Shown here piece by piece: positions 1 through 9,557 of a DNA stretch of 24,977 nt. Source of the DNA: Bacteroidia bacterium (lineage in GTDB: Bacteria; Bacteroidota; Bacteroidia; Bacteroidales; UBA5342); contig JAUIMD010000001.1 of NCBI GenBank assembly GCA_030433225.1, positions 1 through 24,977 on the forward strand, read 5' to 3'. Numbering within the stretch: position 1 is the stretch's first letter; every line of letters begins with the position of its first letter. The translations under genes and the position numbers were made by a program. The notes under the pieces are model-generated. The model had not been told where the DNA came from and made no database searches. It saw only the letters and a program-made list of their open reading frames with translations.

Positions 1-1009
1 GCAGGGCGGCCGGCTTAAAAATTTCCTGCTGCCAGTTGGTGCTGTTGTTGTAACGGTAATATCCTTCGGCGCCCGGTTCACCATGTAGCCAGGGGTACAT
101 GGCATTTATCTGCCCGCTGGTGTAGCTCTGCCCCTGCAATACCTGATCAAAATAGGTATTAAATTCCGAAGCATTTAGCACCCCTTGCTCATCAGGACTC
201 GCCGCAACGCCTCCATAAGCCGAAAAAATAATGCGGGTACTGGTTTCTGCTTCCTGCTCAGAACTAATGTGAATCAGCCCGTTGGAACCGGCCGACCCAA
301 GGTACGATAACCCATCCTTCACCACGGTAACGTCGGTTATGTCTTCGGCATCCATTATGTCGAGCGGGTTCAGGTAAAATCCCTCTATAATTCCATGGGT
401 AGCATACGTATAGTTGTGTAACATGCCATCCATAAAAATCAGGGGTTCGTTGTTGGCGTAAAGCGAAGAGCCTTGCCGTATATGCATGTAGGTACGCTGC
501 CCCGGCATACCGGACTGGTCCTTAACAAATAAACCGGGAACTTTCCCCTGCAGCCCCTGGTCAAAAGAGGCATAGGTGGTTTTTGCAAGGTCATTGGCAG
601 TTAGGGCGGCTACCGAAAGGGTAACGTCTTTTCGGGTAGTTTCCTCCAGTGGTGTTTTTACCAGGTTGTCGTCAGAAATGTACGCTTCCGGCACCAGGTA
701 CACAATTTGCCCGGTTTTACCGCTCAGGTAAATGCTTCGTTTGGTATATCCGGGCAAGTTAAAAATCAGTTGCCCCCGGTTGTGCTTCAGTGTTAATGTG
801 AAGGCTCCTGTCTCACTGGTACTGGTGGATATACCGGTAGCCGCATCAGATACTGACACAAGGTACAGGGGCTGCCCGGTACCCGATTCCACCACGCGCC
901 CGCTGATTGTTACGCTATCCGTTTGGGCCATGGCCGTATGCAGACCGGCCAGAGCTACCCATAGCACCAATACTCCCAGAATCCCTTTATTTTTTAAATG
1001 TTTTGTCAT
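1..1009 (-). CDS. susC: SusC/RagA-family TonB-dependent transporter, N-terminal part (runs off the left edge; missing from ORF track)
   Basis: Translated by hand from ATG at 1009, open to the window edge (336 codons): MTKHLKNKGILGVLVLWVALAGLHTAMAQTDSVTISGRVVESGTGQPL... Signal peptide, carboxypeptidase-regulatory-like domain, then plug motifs FDQGLQGKVPGL, SGMPG, NEPLIFMDG, DAEDITDVTVVKDG..SNGLIHI and NNSTNWQQEIF. Confidence 0.9.
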   Translation of the reverse strand, partial: MTKHLKNKGILGVLVLWVALAGLHTAMAQTDSVTISGRVVESGTGQPLYLVSVSDAATGISTSTSETGAFTLTLKHNRGQLIFNLPGYTKRSIYLSGKTGQIVYLVPEAYISDDNLVKTPLEETTRKDVTLSVAALTANDLAKTTYASFDQGLQGKVPGLFVKDQSGMPGQRTYMHIRQGSSLYANNEPLIFMDGMLHNYTYATHGIIEGFYLNPLDIMDAEDITDVTVVKDGLSYLGSAGSNGLIHISSEQEAETSTRIIFSAYGGVAASPDEQGVLNASEFNTYFDQVLQGQSYTSGQINAMYPWLHGEPGAEGYYRYNNSTNWQQEIFKPAAL

Positions 1010-1044
1010 TTCAATTCCTAATTAAAAATTGCCCGGATGCGTTA

Positions 1045-2523
1045 TTAATCCACAGGTGTAAATGTTACGGTATCCCAGAACAATCCACCAAATTGCAAGG
1101 CAATCAGTTTTATTTTATGCCGCTCAGTTTTGTCCCATTTAAAGGTGCCCAGGTTGGGGGGCTCCCCGGTATTGACAATGCCTATTCTTTCGCCATCCAC
1201 AAAAACCTCGTAGCCCACCTGGTTTTGCCAGATGTTACCGGAAACCTTGTATTTACCTTTCATAATTTTTGGCGTGGTAATTTCTACCCACCAATACCCC
1301 AGCATGTTCAGGCAATCGTCGTTCAGCAAGGTTCCCGTATCATGGTCTTTCCAGTAATATTGCAGGTAATCGCCTGACCATTTGATATACTCAAAGGTGT
1401 TTTCGCCATCGTACCATTTCATGTAGTATTTGCCAAAATAGTCGCCCTGTTTCAGGTCAAAGTAATCCGTCACTTCAAAAACTATGGTGGTAGGACTCGG
1501 GGTTTCAACGGGCAATAAATCCGTTACCGTATGCAAGGCTCCATTTTTTGCCGGATAATTCGATTCGGCCACATTAAACCCGGTATAAGCTTCTGTCTCT
1601 TCATCCAGGTTTAGCTTATAATCATCGGTAATGGTGGCTTTTATGTTGTTATCGTGCGAAAGAATGGGGTATAATTGACTCTCCAAATCCGACAGAAAGT
1701 AGGTATTGGTAAGGCAGTGGTATTCCATATAACGATAAAAATCATTTTGCAGATACATGGCACTATCGGGCACATCCGTATAATAGGCCATAAGTTCTTC
1801 AATGGTGGAAATGCCATATCGATTGTAGGTAGTATCGGCCACAGCTAAAACGGTAAAACGGGTTCGCGCCGTTTTTTTTCCGTATGGAAATGTGATGAGG
1901 TTCAGCGTATCGCTCAGTCCGGTTTTTTCGAGCCCCTGCGTAAACAATGCATACGAAGGGTTTTGTTTTAGCGTTTCGTAAAGGCTTTGGGTAACCAGGG
2001 GCACCACCTCATCCACCACATGAATGTAACCGTTTGCGGTTAATACGTCACGGTCAATAATGGTTGATTTTTTATTCAACACAATGTCGGCATCCCTGAA
2101 TTCGGTTACAATGTAATCGCCCAGGGCATTGGTATCGCGCAAAGCTCCCAGTCCAACATCGCCCGACGAAATTTGGTTAGTTAGCAAATGGTTGTACACA
2201 AAACGGTACACCATGTTGGTGTCCGGAAAGTCGTGAAAAGAGCCAAACCCATTTTCGGCATAAAACTTTTGAATGGCCTCGTTGGTGGGCAAAAACAAGG
2301 TAAACGGCCCCCGTGTACTTAATATGCGGTACAGTTTGGTGTGTTGCAACATGGCATCAAATTCCGAGAACTGCTCCGGCCGGCTGGCCACATATTCCGA
2401 CATTACCTGGTATTCAGACTCTACTTTCCAGTAAAGGGGCTCTTCGTTGCAGGCCCACAAAAGCAGCAGCCCTGCGATTAACGCTAGCCCAGGTTTTAAG
2501 GTATGGAGTATTATATTTTTCAT
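1045..2523 (-). CDS. Fasciclin (FAS1)-domain lipoprotein, two FAS1 domains plus an aromatic-rich C-terminal domain
   Basis: The ORF-track start at 2544 is TTG; ATG at 2523 gives MKNIILHTLKPGLALIAGLLLLWA-CNEE (lipobox). FAS1 motifs FTLFLPTNEAI...TANGYIHVVDEVV and FTVLAVADTTY...AKNGALHTVTDLL. Confidence 0.85.
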   Translation of the reverse strand: MKNIILHTLKPGLALIAGLLLLWACNEEPLYWKVESEYQVMSEYVASRPEQFSEFDAMLQHTKLYRILSTRGPFTLFLPTNEAIQKFYAENGFGSFHDFPDTNMVYRFVYNHLLTNQISSGDVGLGALRDTNALGDYIVTEFRDADIVLNKKSTIIDRDVLTANGYIHVVDEVVPLVTQSLYETLKQNPSYALFTQGLEKTGLSDTLNLITFPYGKKTARTRFTVLAVADTTYNRYGISTIEELMAYYTDVPDSAMYLQNDFYRYMEYHCLTNTYFLSDLESQLYPILSHDNNIKATITDDYKLNLDEETEAYTGFNVAESNYPAKNGALHTVTDLLPVETPSPTTIVFEVTDYFDLKQGDYFGKYYMKWYDGENTFEYIKWSGDYLQYYWKDHDTGTLLNDDCLNMLGYWWVEITTPKIMKGKYKVSGNIWQNQVGYEVFVDGERIGIVNTGEPPNLGTFKWDKTERHKIKLIALQFGGLFWDTVTFTPVD

Positions 2524-2545
2524 TGTACGTAGCTGTTGTATCAAA

Positions 2546-4036
2546 TTAACGTTCGTAATACGGATTCTGCTTCAGGTTAGGATTGGTGCGTATGTCCTTA
2601 TCAGGTATGGGCAGATAATAACTGAGCGTGTCAAATACTTTGGAACGTAAAATGGGCTTTTGCTTGATATCTGCCCCTGACAAAATCATATTGATAATGA
2701 TTTGTTTCTGCTCAAAGTTGTTGCGCTTGGCTACCCGCAGCACATCAAACCAACGCTTTCCCTCGGCCAGAAACTCCCGTGCTCTTTCTTCCAGAATGGC
2801 CATGCGCAACTCGTCCTGCAAAGCAATGGGCACGTGCGACAGGTTTGCCCTTTGGCGGGTCATGCTTAGCCAGGTATTGGCACCGGCATTGTCGTTGAGT
2901 TCATTCAAGGCCTCTGCTTTTATCAGCGTTATGTCGGCAAAGCGGTAGTATATAAAATTGGCGTCGCGTTGGTTTTGTGAGCGTAAAATTCCGGTTTCCA
3001 GACTAATGCTCCTGTATTTTCGTAAGGGATCTGGGTTACGCGGACTGGCAGGATTGCAGGTACGCAAATCGTCCTCAGAAAGCAACAAGCTTATTTGCTG
3101 CATTTTGGGGCGCAACTTTGACGCCGGACTTAAAGGAATCAGGTCGTTGTAAATGGGATTTTCCTGGTAGTCGAGGTTGTCGTCAAACTGTATTTCAAAG
3201 ATGCTCTCCACCGTTGAATTTCCCGGGTAATAAAGGCCAAACCACTGGTCGGCAGTTTCGAGGTTGTAATGCCCGGATAAAATAACTGAGTCACAATAAT
3301 CGGAGGCCAGCTGGTACTGCTCGTTCCAGAGGTAAACGTCGGCCAAAAGCGCCATTATGGCGAATTTATTAGCGCGCCCCATGCGAAATGCAGGGTCGGC
3401 ATTGCCGCCAAAAAGCTCGGTTGAATAGGCCATATCCCTGGCTTTTATCAGGTCGGTAATAACCTGCTGCAACACTTGCTTTTCGGTGCTTTTGGGAATA
3501 AACATGTGGGTAGTGTCCGAAAGGGTAGGGTGAATGACCAGGGGAACATCCTTCCATAAGCGCACCAGGTAGAAATAACTAAGCGAGCGAATAAAAAGTG
3601 CTTCGGCATCCACGGCATCCATCATGGTTTGGGTAAATGTTTCATCTTTTTCGAATACCTCTTTGTTGTAATACATCAGGGTATTGGCCAGGTCAATGGC
3701 CTTGTAGTATTTGCTCCAGTTTACGGCACCGTTGGTTGGGCTAATGTTGCTTTGCGCAATGCGGGCATAATCCTGAAACGGATAGCTATCGTCCATTAAA
3801 AACAGGTCGGCACGCAACTCGCCCCAAATCAGGGATTCCATGCTTGCGTCTCTGAATGCATTGTACATGGCGCCCAGAGCGCTGTAAACATCTTCGGTTT
3901 TACCCCAGAAGTTTTCCTTCAGCAATTCATCCTCGGGGGCTACGGTCATCCAATCCTGGCACGAAGAGAGCACCAACAGTGCCAGCAGTACAGTTGCTTT
4001 AAATGACGTGTATATTTTTTTTGCAATCATTTTCAT
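2546..4036 (-). CDS. susD: RagB/SusD-family outer-membrane substrate-binding lipoprotein
   Basis: Lipobox LVLSS-CQDW; SusD hallmarks AEALFIRSLSYFYLVRLWKDVP, YRFADITLIKAEALNE, ILEERAREFLAEGKRWFDVLR, YLPIP...NPNLKQNPYY; directly downstream of susC. Start could be 4030. Confidence 0.95.
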   Translation of the reverse strand: MKMIAKKIYTSFKATVLLALLVLSSCQDWMTVAPEDELLKENFWGKTEDVYSALGAMYNAFRDASMESLIWGELRADLFLMDDSYPFQDYARIAQSNISPTNGAVNWSKYYKAIDLANTLMYYNKEVFEKDETFTQTMMDAVDAEALFIRSLSYFYLVRLWKDVPLVIHPTLSDTTHMFIPKSTEKQVLQQVITDLIKARDMAYSTELFGGNADPAFRMGRANKFAIMALLADVYLWNEQYQLASDYCDSVILSGHYNLETADQWFGLYYPGNSTVESIFEIQFDDNLDYQENPIYNDLIPLSPASKLRPKMQQISLLLSEDDLRTCNPASPRNPDPLRKYRSISLETGILRSQNQRDANFIYYRFADITLIKAEALNELNDNAGANTWLSMTRQRANLSHVPIALQDELRMAILEERAREFLAEGKRWFDVLRVAKRNNFEQKQIIINMILSGADIKQKPILRSKVFDTLSYYLPIPDKDIRTNPNLKQNPYYER

Positions 4037-4041
4037 ACCTC

Positions 4042-7000
4042 TTAAAATGAAACATTTAAACCAAACATTACCCGTTTTGAAGGCGGTGTTCTACTAAAAT
4101 CTTTTGGCAGGGTATCCGGCCGGTTTGGCAGCCCCACCTCAGGATCCTGACCGGAGTAATTGGTGAGCGTAAACAAGTTGTAGGCGGTAACGTACAAGCG
4201 TAAATTTCGCAGGTGCAGTTTTTGAACTACCGAGCTGCTGAAATCGTAGCTCAACGAAACGGTTTTAAGGCGCAGGTATGAACCATCTTCCACAAAACGG
4301 CTCGATCCCAGCCAATTGTACCCCCTGTTGTACAAGGGACGCGGCACATCCGTAACATCACCGGGGCTTCTCCAATAGCTGTTTGTCGCCTTGCTTTGGT
4401 TGTCGTAATCGTACATCTTTTCGGTATCCATACGGGTTTGGTTAATTACTTTTTGGCCTACTTTAAAATACAGGAAGGTATTAAAAACAAAGCCCTTGTA
4501 TTGAGCTCTAAGCCCCGTTCCACCCATAAACTTCGGATTCAGGTCGCCGAGGTACACAAGGTCCAGTTCATCAATTTTTCCGTCGTGGTTAATGTCGTCG
4601 TATTTGGCATCTCCTCCTTCAAAGGTGTAGCCTTCGGTTCCTCCCATAATCATTTTTAAGGGCACATCCTTGTTTAGCCCGTAAATAGGGTCGCCATTTT
4701 CATCGCGTACAACGGCATCTTCATCGCTCTCGTAAACACCCAGGTACCGGTAGCCAAAAAATCCACCCAAAGCTTCGCCGGGAGTTACGCTAATTTTATA
4801 ATTTCCGTTGGCCAGCATATCGCCATATTCGGTTGCATAATTAGGTGGAAGGCTCAGTACGATGTTTTTATTGGTGGACATGTTGGCATTTACACTGAGC
4901 TTAAAATCCTTTTTCTCAATAACTTTAAAATCTGCCATAAGCTCAAAACCCCGGTTTTCCATTTCGCCGTAGTTAATGCTCATGGTTCCAAAACCTGAAT
5001 GGTCAGGAATGGGGGTGTTTTCGAGGAAAAGATCCAGCGTTTTTTTGCTGTAATAATCCAACTCAATGTTTAAGCGGTTTCGAATGCCGTAAAAGGATAT
5101 TCCAGGGTTAATGGTTTGCAAGGTTTCCCAACGCAGGCTGGTTAACTCTACCCCGTTGGATTGTACCCCCTGGTAGTTCAGGTAGGATAACCGTGCGCTG
5201 GAATTATACGTATTCCAATACAAATAATTTGAATTGGGGGTATTGCCGCTTTGGCCCCAGCTCAGGCGAAGGCGCAAATCATCCATCCAGGTGGCGTTTT
5301 CCATAAACGGTTCCTGGCTTATTCTCCATGCCCCGGCTACGGTTGGAAACATTCCCCAGCGGCTCTCTTTACTGTATTTGGAGTTTCCCTCGTATTTGGC
5401 TCCGGCAGTTAGTAAGTATTTGTCTTTAAATTTATAGGCCGCCTGTGCATAAAAGCCCAGCGAGCGGTAATCGCTAAAATTTTCGCCCATGTATTCCATG
5501 GTCAGGTCTCCGGCGGGCAACTGCAAATAAGGCGATGCCGAACGGCTGGTTTGCTGTTTTTCCCAGCGTTGTACGGTTTTTTCGGTATCAATCTGCCCCA
5601 TCATGGTCAGGCTATGGTCATCGCCCAGTTGGGGTGTAAAAATCAACTGATTAAAGGTATAAATCGTGCTTTTTTTGGAGAACTCATCGGAAGCAAGGTT
5701 GGTAATTTCGCTGTCGTAGATATACCCAATAGCATCGTAGGGTAAAAACCGGTGCCGTTTGTTGTCAAAAATATCGAGCGTAATGGTGGAATTAAGCACC
5801 AAGGTTGGTTGGATGCGGTAGCGCAGGGTAAACAGCGCACGGGCGTTGTTTTTTAATTGTTCGTTTATACCGAGGTTGGCCAGTGCCACCGGGTTGTACA
5901 TATCGCGCGCATTGCCTTGCAGGGTATTTTCCGGCGTAAAGTAATCGTATACGTGTACGTTGTTTTCATCGCGGTCGTACACGCTCATGTTGGGCATCTT
6001 TCGGTACGCAATTGAACGCACCAGTTTGCTGCCAAATTCCGAATCTTCGGCATCGTATGTGTTGTTTTGGTCGTAACGGGTAAATAAAATATCCGTTTTA
6101 AAGGTAAGTTTGGTGGAAAGGTCGTAATCCAGCGAACTGCGCAATGTAAGCTTTTTCAAGCCGTTGTTAAGGGTTGTACCGGTTTCGTCGGAGTAGCCCA
6201 CCGACATGTTATAGCGTGATTTCTCACCACCTCCCCTTACTGAAAATACATGTTGGCTGGAGCGCGACCTGTTTGTAATTTCATCCACCCAATTGGTTTC
6301 CTGGCTAAAGTTGTAATATTGCGACCACCGGGGATCAAAGGCAATTTCGTTGGCCAGGTTGTTCTCATTATCTGGGTTAAAATTGTTGGAAAACTCATTT
6401 CTATCCACATTGTAATGCATTTGCTGTATTAAGCGGGAGTAATCTCCCCCGTTAAGCATGGGCAGGGGTTCCGGCTCCCAGCCCAGGGCATATTTATAGG
6501 TGTAATCAAAAATGGGTTTGGATTTTATCCCCCGTTTGGTTTTTATCATCAGTACCCCATTGGCCGCACTCGATCCCCAAATGGCAGTAGAGGCAGCATC
6601 TTTCAGCACTTCAATGCTTTCAATATCTTCCGGTGCCACATCAATCATGCTGCCGAACTTTTCGATGTCGGCGGTGGCAAAGTCAAAATTTTCATCAATC
6701 TGTGAGTTATACGGAATGCCGTTTACTACAATCAGGGGAGTATTCCGGGCATTCAGGGTGGCCGTACCGCGAATACGAATGTTAAGCCCGGCCCCCGGAT
6801 CGCCGGAAACGGAGGTGATGTCCACATTGGCCATTCTCCCCTGCATCATATCTTCTACGGATGTGCCCATTTGGGTTTGCAGCTCCTCTACCTCGAGGCG
6901 TGCCACACTGGTGGCCCGGTCGCGAATTGGAGTAAGGCCGTCGTTGGCCACTTTTGAACCCGAAATCACCACCTCATCCAATTGCATGGATGACGGTTTT

Positions 7001-7320
7001 AATTCCACATTAATGGTGGATTGCCCGTTAATGGCGATAATCATTTTTTGGTATCCGATGTACGAGAACTGCAGTGGGTTCTGCGCGTTGCCTACCTGTA
7101 TTACGTAATTTCCGTTCATGTCGGCAATGGTACCGGTAAGAAACCGATCGCTCTGATCAATTTCCACCACGTTCACCCCAATTAAAGGTTCACCGGTTTC
7201 GGCATCCACCACCTTTCCTTTTATAATGGCCGTTTGAGCAATGGATTGAACGCATACGCCCCACAGAGCGAAGAGGAGTAATCCTGATAGTTTTATGGTT
7301 TTCTTCATCATGAATCGCAT
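4042..7320 (-). CDS. susC: SusC/RagA-family TonB-dependent transporter, 1092 aa
   Basis: Signal peptide; IKGKVVDAETGEPLIGVNV; plug motif PEDIESIEVLKDAASTAIWGSSAANGVLMIKTKRG; C-terminal VEDGSYLRLKTVSLSY, NLFTLTNYSGQDPE and terminal FGLNVSF. Start could be 7311 or 7308. Confidence 0.97.
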   Translation of the reverse strand: MRFMMKKTIKLSGLLLFALWGVCVQSIAQTAIIKGKVVDAETGEPLIGVNVVEIDQSDRFLTGTIADMNGNYVIQVGNAQNPLQFSYIGYQKMIIAINGQSTINVELKPSSMQLDEVVISGSKVANDGLTPIRDRATSVARLEVEELQTQMGTSVEDMMQGRMANVDITSVSGDPGAGLNIRIRGTATLNARNTPLIVVNGIPYNSQIDENFDFATADIEKFGSMIDVAPEDIESIEVLKDAASTAIWGSSAANGVLMIKTKRGIKSKPIFDYTYKYALGWEPEPLPMLNGGDYSRLIQQMHYNVDRNEFSNNFNPDNENNLANEIAFDPRWSQYYNFSQETNWVDEITNRSRSSQHVFSVRGGGEKSRYNMSVGYSDETGTTLNNGLKKLTLRSSLDYDLSTKLTFKTDILFTRYDQNNTYDAEDSEFGSKLVRSIAYRKMPNMSVYDRDENNVHVYDYFTPENTLQGNARDMYNPVALANLGINEQLKNNARALFTLRYRIQPTLVLNSTITLDIFDNKRHRFLPYDAIGYIYDSEITNLASDEFSKKSTIYTFNQLIFTPQLGDDHSLTMMGQIDTEKTVQRWEKQQTSRSASPYLQLPAGDLTMEYMGENFSDYRSLGFYAQAAYKFKDKYLLTAGAKYEGNSKYSKESRWGMFPTVAGAWRISQEPFMENATWMDDLRLRLSWGQSGNTPNSNYLYWNTYNSSARLSYLNYQGVQSNGVELTSLRWETLQTINPGISFYGIRNRLNIELDYYSKKTLDLFLENTPIPDHSGFGTMSINYGEMENRGFELMADFKVIEKKDFKLSVNANMSTNKNIVLSLPPNYATEYGDMLANGNYKISVTPGEALGGFFGYRYLGVYESDEDAVVRDENGDPIYGLNKDVPLKMIMGGTEGYTFEGGDAKYDDINHDGKIDELDLVYLGDLNPKFMGGTGLRAQYKGFVFNTFLYFKVGQKVINQTRMDTEKMYDYDNQSKATNSYWRSPGDVTDVPRPLYNRGYNWLGSSRFVEDGSYLRLKTVSLSYDFSSSVVQKLHLRNLRLYVTAYNLFTLTNYSGQDPEVGLPNRPDTLPKDFSRTPPSKRVMFGLNVSF

Positions 7321-7331
7321 TACAACATTTG

Positions 7332-9557
7332 TTACTCAAACCTTAAAACTGAATTGATTTTGTGTACCGCACTTTTTTGTGCCAGGTTGTTGGCTTGTGT
7401 ATGGTCAACCGTAACGGTTTGGCCCGAAGCATCGGTAACGGTAAGGTTATGCAGGGAATTGTTCACTTTCAGGGTTCTGTATTTGGGCGTGTTGGGCACC
7501 ACCGGAGCATCGGCCTGGGTAGGAAATTCTCCTGTTCCTGCGGGGTTGCCGTCATCAAAAATTACATTGTCGCGAACAAAGTGATACTCCAGAAACGCTT
7601 GCAGCGAATCGCGCTGGCTGGGTATTAATCCGGCCTGGCGGGCAGTAATTATGGCCTCGTTGGTGGGTGCAAATACCGTCCATGCATCCGAGGAAGAAAC
7701 CCACGCCAAGCGTGGCGTTAATTCGCGGGTTTGTGTGTCGCGCACCCTGCGGTTTAAAATTATGGCTTGATCGAGCAGGGCCGCAAATTCAGACAATTCA
7801 GGGTCGAACCAAATGAGTTTTCCCATGCTGTAATACCTTGATTTTATGGCATTGGTAATGCCGTATAAAATTCCGGTTTCGTTGGGTTCTTCACTGAATT
7901 TAAGGGTTACACTGTCGCCAAGGTATTGGTTTTCGGGTCCTTCCACTACCCCATTGTTGTAATGGATGTAATTTCCCGAACTCATTTCTAAAAACCCATC
8001 TCCGCTTAAGTCGGTCACTTTTTCAAAAGCAATGTGGTTTTGTACAAACTCGGTCAGCTGGTCGGTTTTCATGGTACGCCACACCTCATCAGGTCCGTAA
8101 TATTGAATAAGGTTAGCATCCTTGTTATACCGCACATTTGATTTTAACAACTCATCGTTGGTAGGGGCAAACAAGGTTACATCCTGGTAAGGACTGGTTA
8201 CGGTACGTACCATGCCTGTAGTATTTAAGGCAAACAAAAAAGTAGAGTAATCCTTGTTAAAAAACAGTTCTTTGGTTACGCTGGTAAACGCATTGGGTTC
8301 CAGTACTTTTTTCATATCGTACAGCACACCATTGCTACACATAAAACCTGAGTTAATGTCGTTTTTGGTTAGGGTAAGCGGATCGCCAAAATCGTTAAAA
8401 AAGCCTTGTTCCATTTTTGAAATGAGGCAAAGCGACTGGTTTAAGTGGCTGCGCAAAATATACGACAGGGTAATGTAAGGAATGCTGTCAATTTCACCAT
8501 ACGTATTTAAAATATGCTCGTCAAGATAGCGCTGCAGAATTTCATCTTCGGGAATAAATGCGCTGAACACATCCTTCATCCGCACTTCAGGCCCATTGCC
8601 CGGTCCCGCGTCATCTGCAATATTGGGCAGGTCTTCGTACGATTTACGGTAAAAGGTTTTTTGGTTTTCATCCACCACCGGAAGGCCATAATCGGCAAAG
8701 CGTTGCATCAAGTCGTAAAACAGGCCGTACTTATCCAGGTTATTTCTCAGGTATTCTTCCAAACTGGGCATGGGTGCCACCACCTGATCAATATAATAAA
8801 TGAAGCCGCTGGAGGTTCGCGCCCCCAATTCAATGGGGTTTGACGGATTGGGAATTACCATGGCATTGTGCCAGTTCATGGCCTGACCGGCTAATGGAGA
8901 ACTGGTGTCGTACTTGCTGTTGGGGTATATGTATAAATAGTCGGACCCGTCGGTTGCCGCAAAATAATCCTCAAAATAATCCTTACTCCACAAGGGTACA
9001 TACTTATCGCCGGTATAAATCAGTAACGAATCCCCTCCAAACGAGCTGTGGTATTGCACAAATTCGGTATATGGGGTGGAACGGCTTGGCGTTCTTTTTC
9101 GGAAAAACAGGCTGGCATATTCGCCATCGGGCCCTTGCTCTTCGCTCCACACATATTCGTAAATCAGCTGATACCGTGAGCGCGGATTCACCAGAATATG
9201 CAACGTGAACAATTGAAAGGCCTCCTCATCGGTAAGCTCATCGACCGATTGGATGCCTATGGAACGAAAATAATTTTGAAAGGCTTCGTCGTTTGGAACA
9301 AACAGGGTATACAATATTTTAGAAACCGATTCGGTATATCCGGCACGGTCCATCAATTCCAAAAAAATGGTGTATTCCCCCTCGGCTTCCAGGGTTTCAA
9401 TGTTTGATCCGCCCAGCCATGATGGGGTTTCGTACCTCTTTTTGTGATCTTCGCATGCCAAAAGGGCCACAGCACTCAACACCAAAATCAGTGTAAAGCG
9501 AATTGTTCTTTTTAATGAAGCCAGATTTATTGACGGGTAAAAAATATGGATTTGCAT
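7332..9557 (-). CDS. Fasciclin lipoprotein with four FAS1 repeats, 741 aa
   Basis: Lipobox ALLA-CEDH; four FAS1 H1-like motifs (YTLFVPNDEAF, FSAFIPEDEIL, VTLFAPTNDEL, WTVFAPTNEAI) and four H2-like motifs (SGFIYYIDQVV, NGVLYDMKKVL, TGILYGITNAI, SAVHKINSVL). Confidence 0.85.
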   Translation of the reverse strand: MQIHIFYPSINLASLKRTIRFTLILVLSAVALLACEDHKKRYETPSWLGGSNIETLEAEGEYTIFLELMDRAGYTESVSKILYTLFVPNDEAFQNYFRSIGIQSVDELTDEEAFQLFTLHILVNPRSRYQLIYEYVWSEEQGPDGEYASLFFRKRTPSRSTPYTEFVQYHSSFGGDSLLIYTGDKYVPLWSKDYFEDYFAATDGSDYLYIYPNSKYDTSSPLAGQAMNWHNAMVIPNPSNPIELGARTSSGFIYYIDQVVAPMPSLEEYLRNNLDKYGLFYDLMQRFADYGLPVVDENQKTFYRKSYEDLPNIADDAGPGNGPEVRMKDVFSAFIPEDEILQRYLDEHILNTYGEIDSIPYITLSYILRSHLNQSLCLISKMEQGFFNDFGDPLTLTKNDINSGFMCSNGVLYDMKKVLEPNAFTSVTKELFFNKDYSTFLFALNTTGMVRTVTSPYQDVTLFAPTNDELLKSNVRYNKDANLIQYYGPDEVWRTMKTDQLTEFVQNHIAFEKVTDLSGDGFLEMSSGNYIHYNNGVVEGPENQYLGDSVTLKFSEEPNETGILYGITNAIKSRYYSMGKLIWFDPELSEFAALLDQAIILNRRVRDTQTRELTPRLAWVSSSDAWTVFAPTNEAIITARQAGLIPSQRDSLQAFLEYHFVRDNVIFDDGNPAGTGEFPTQADAPVVPNTPKYRTLKVNNSLHNLTVTDASGQTVTVDHTQANNLAQKSAVHKINSVLRFE

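Noticed and set aside
6512-7108. 198-aa plus-strand ORF, plus the other short plus-strand ORFs across 732-9407
   Set aside because: Antisense shadows of the susC/susD/fasciclin genes; Ser/Thr-rich composition typical of reverse frames.
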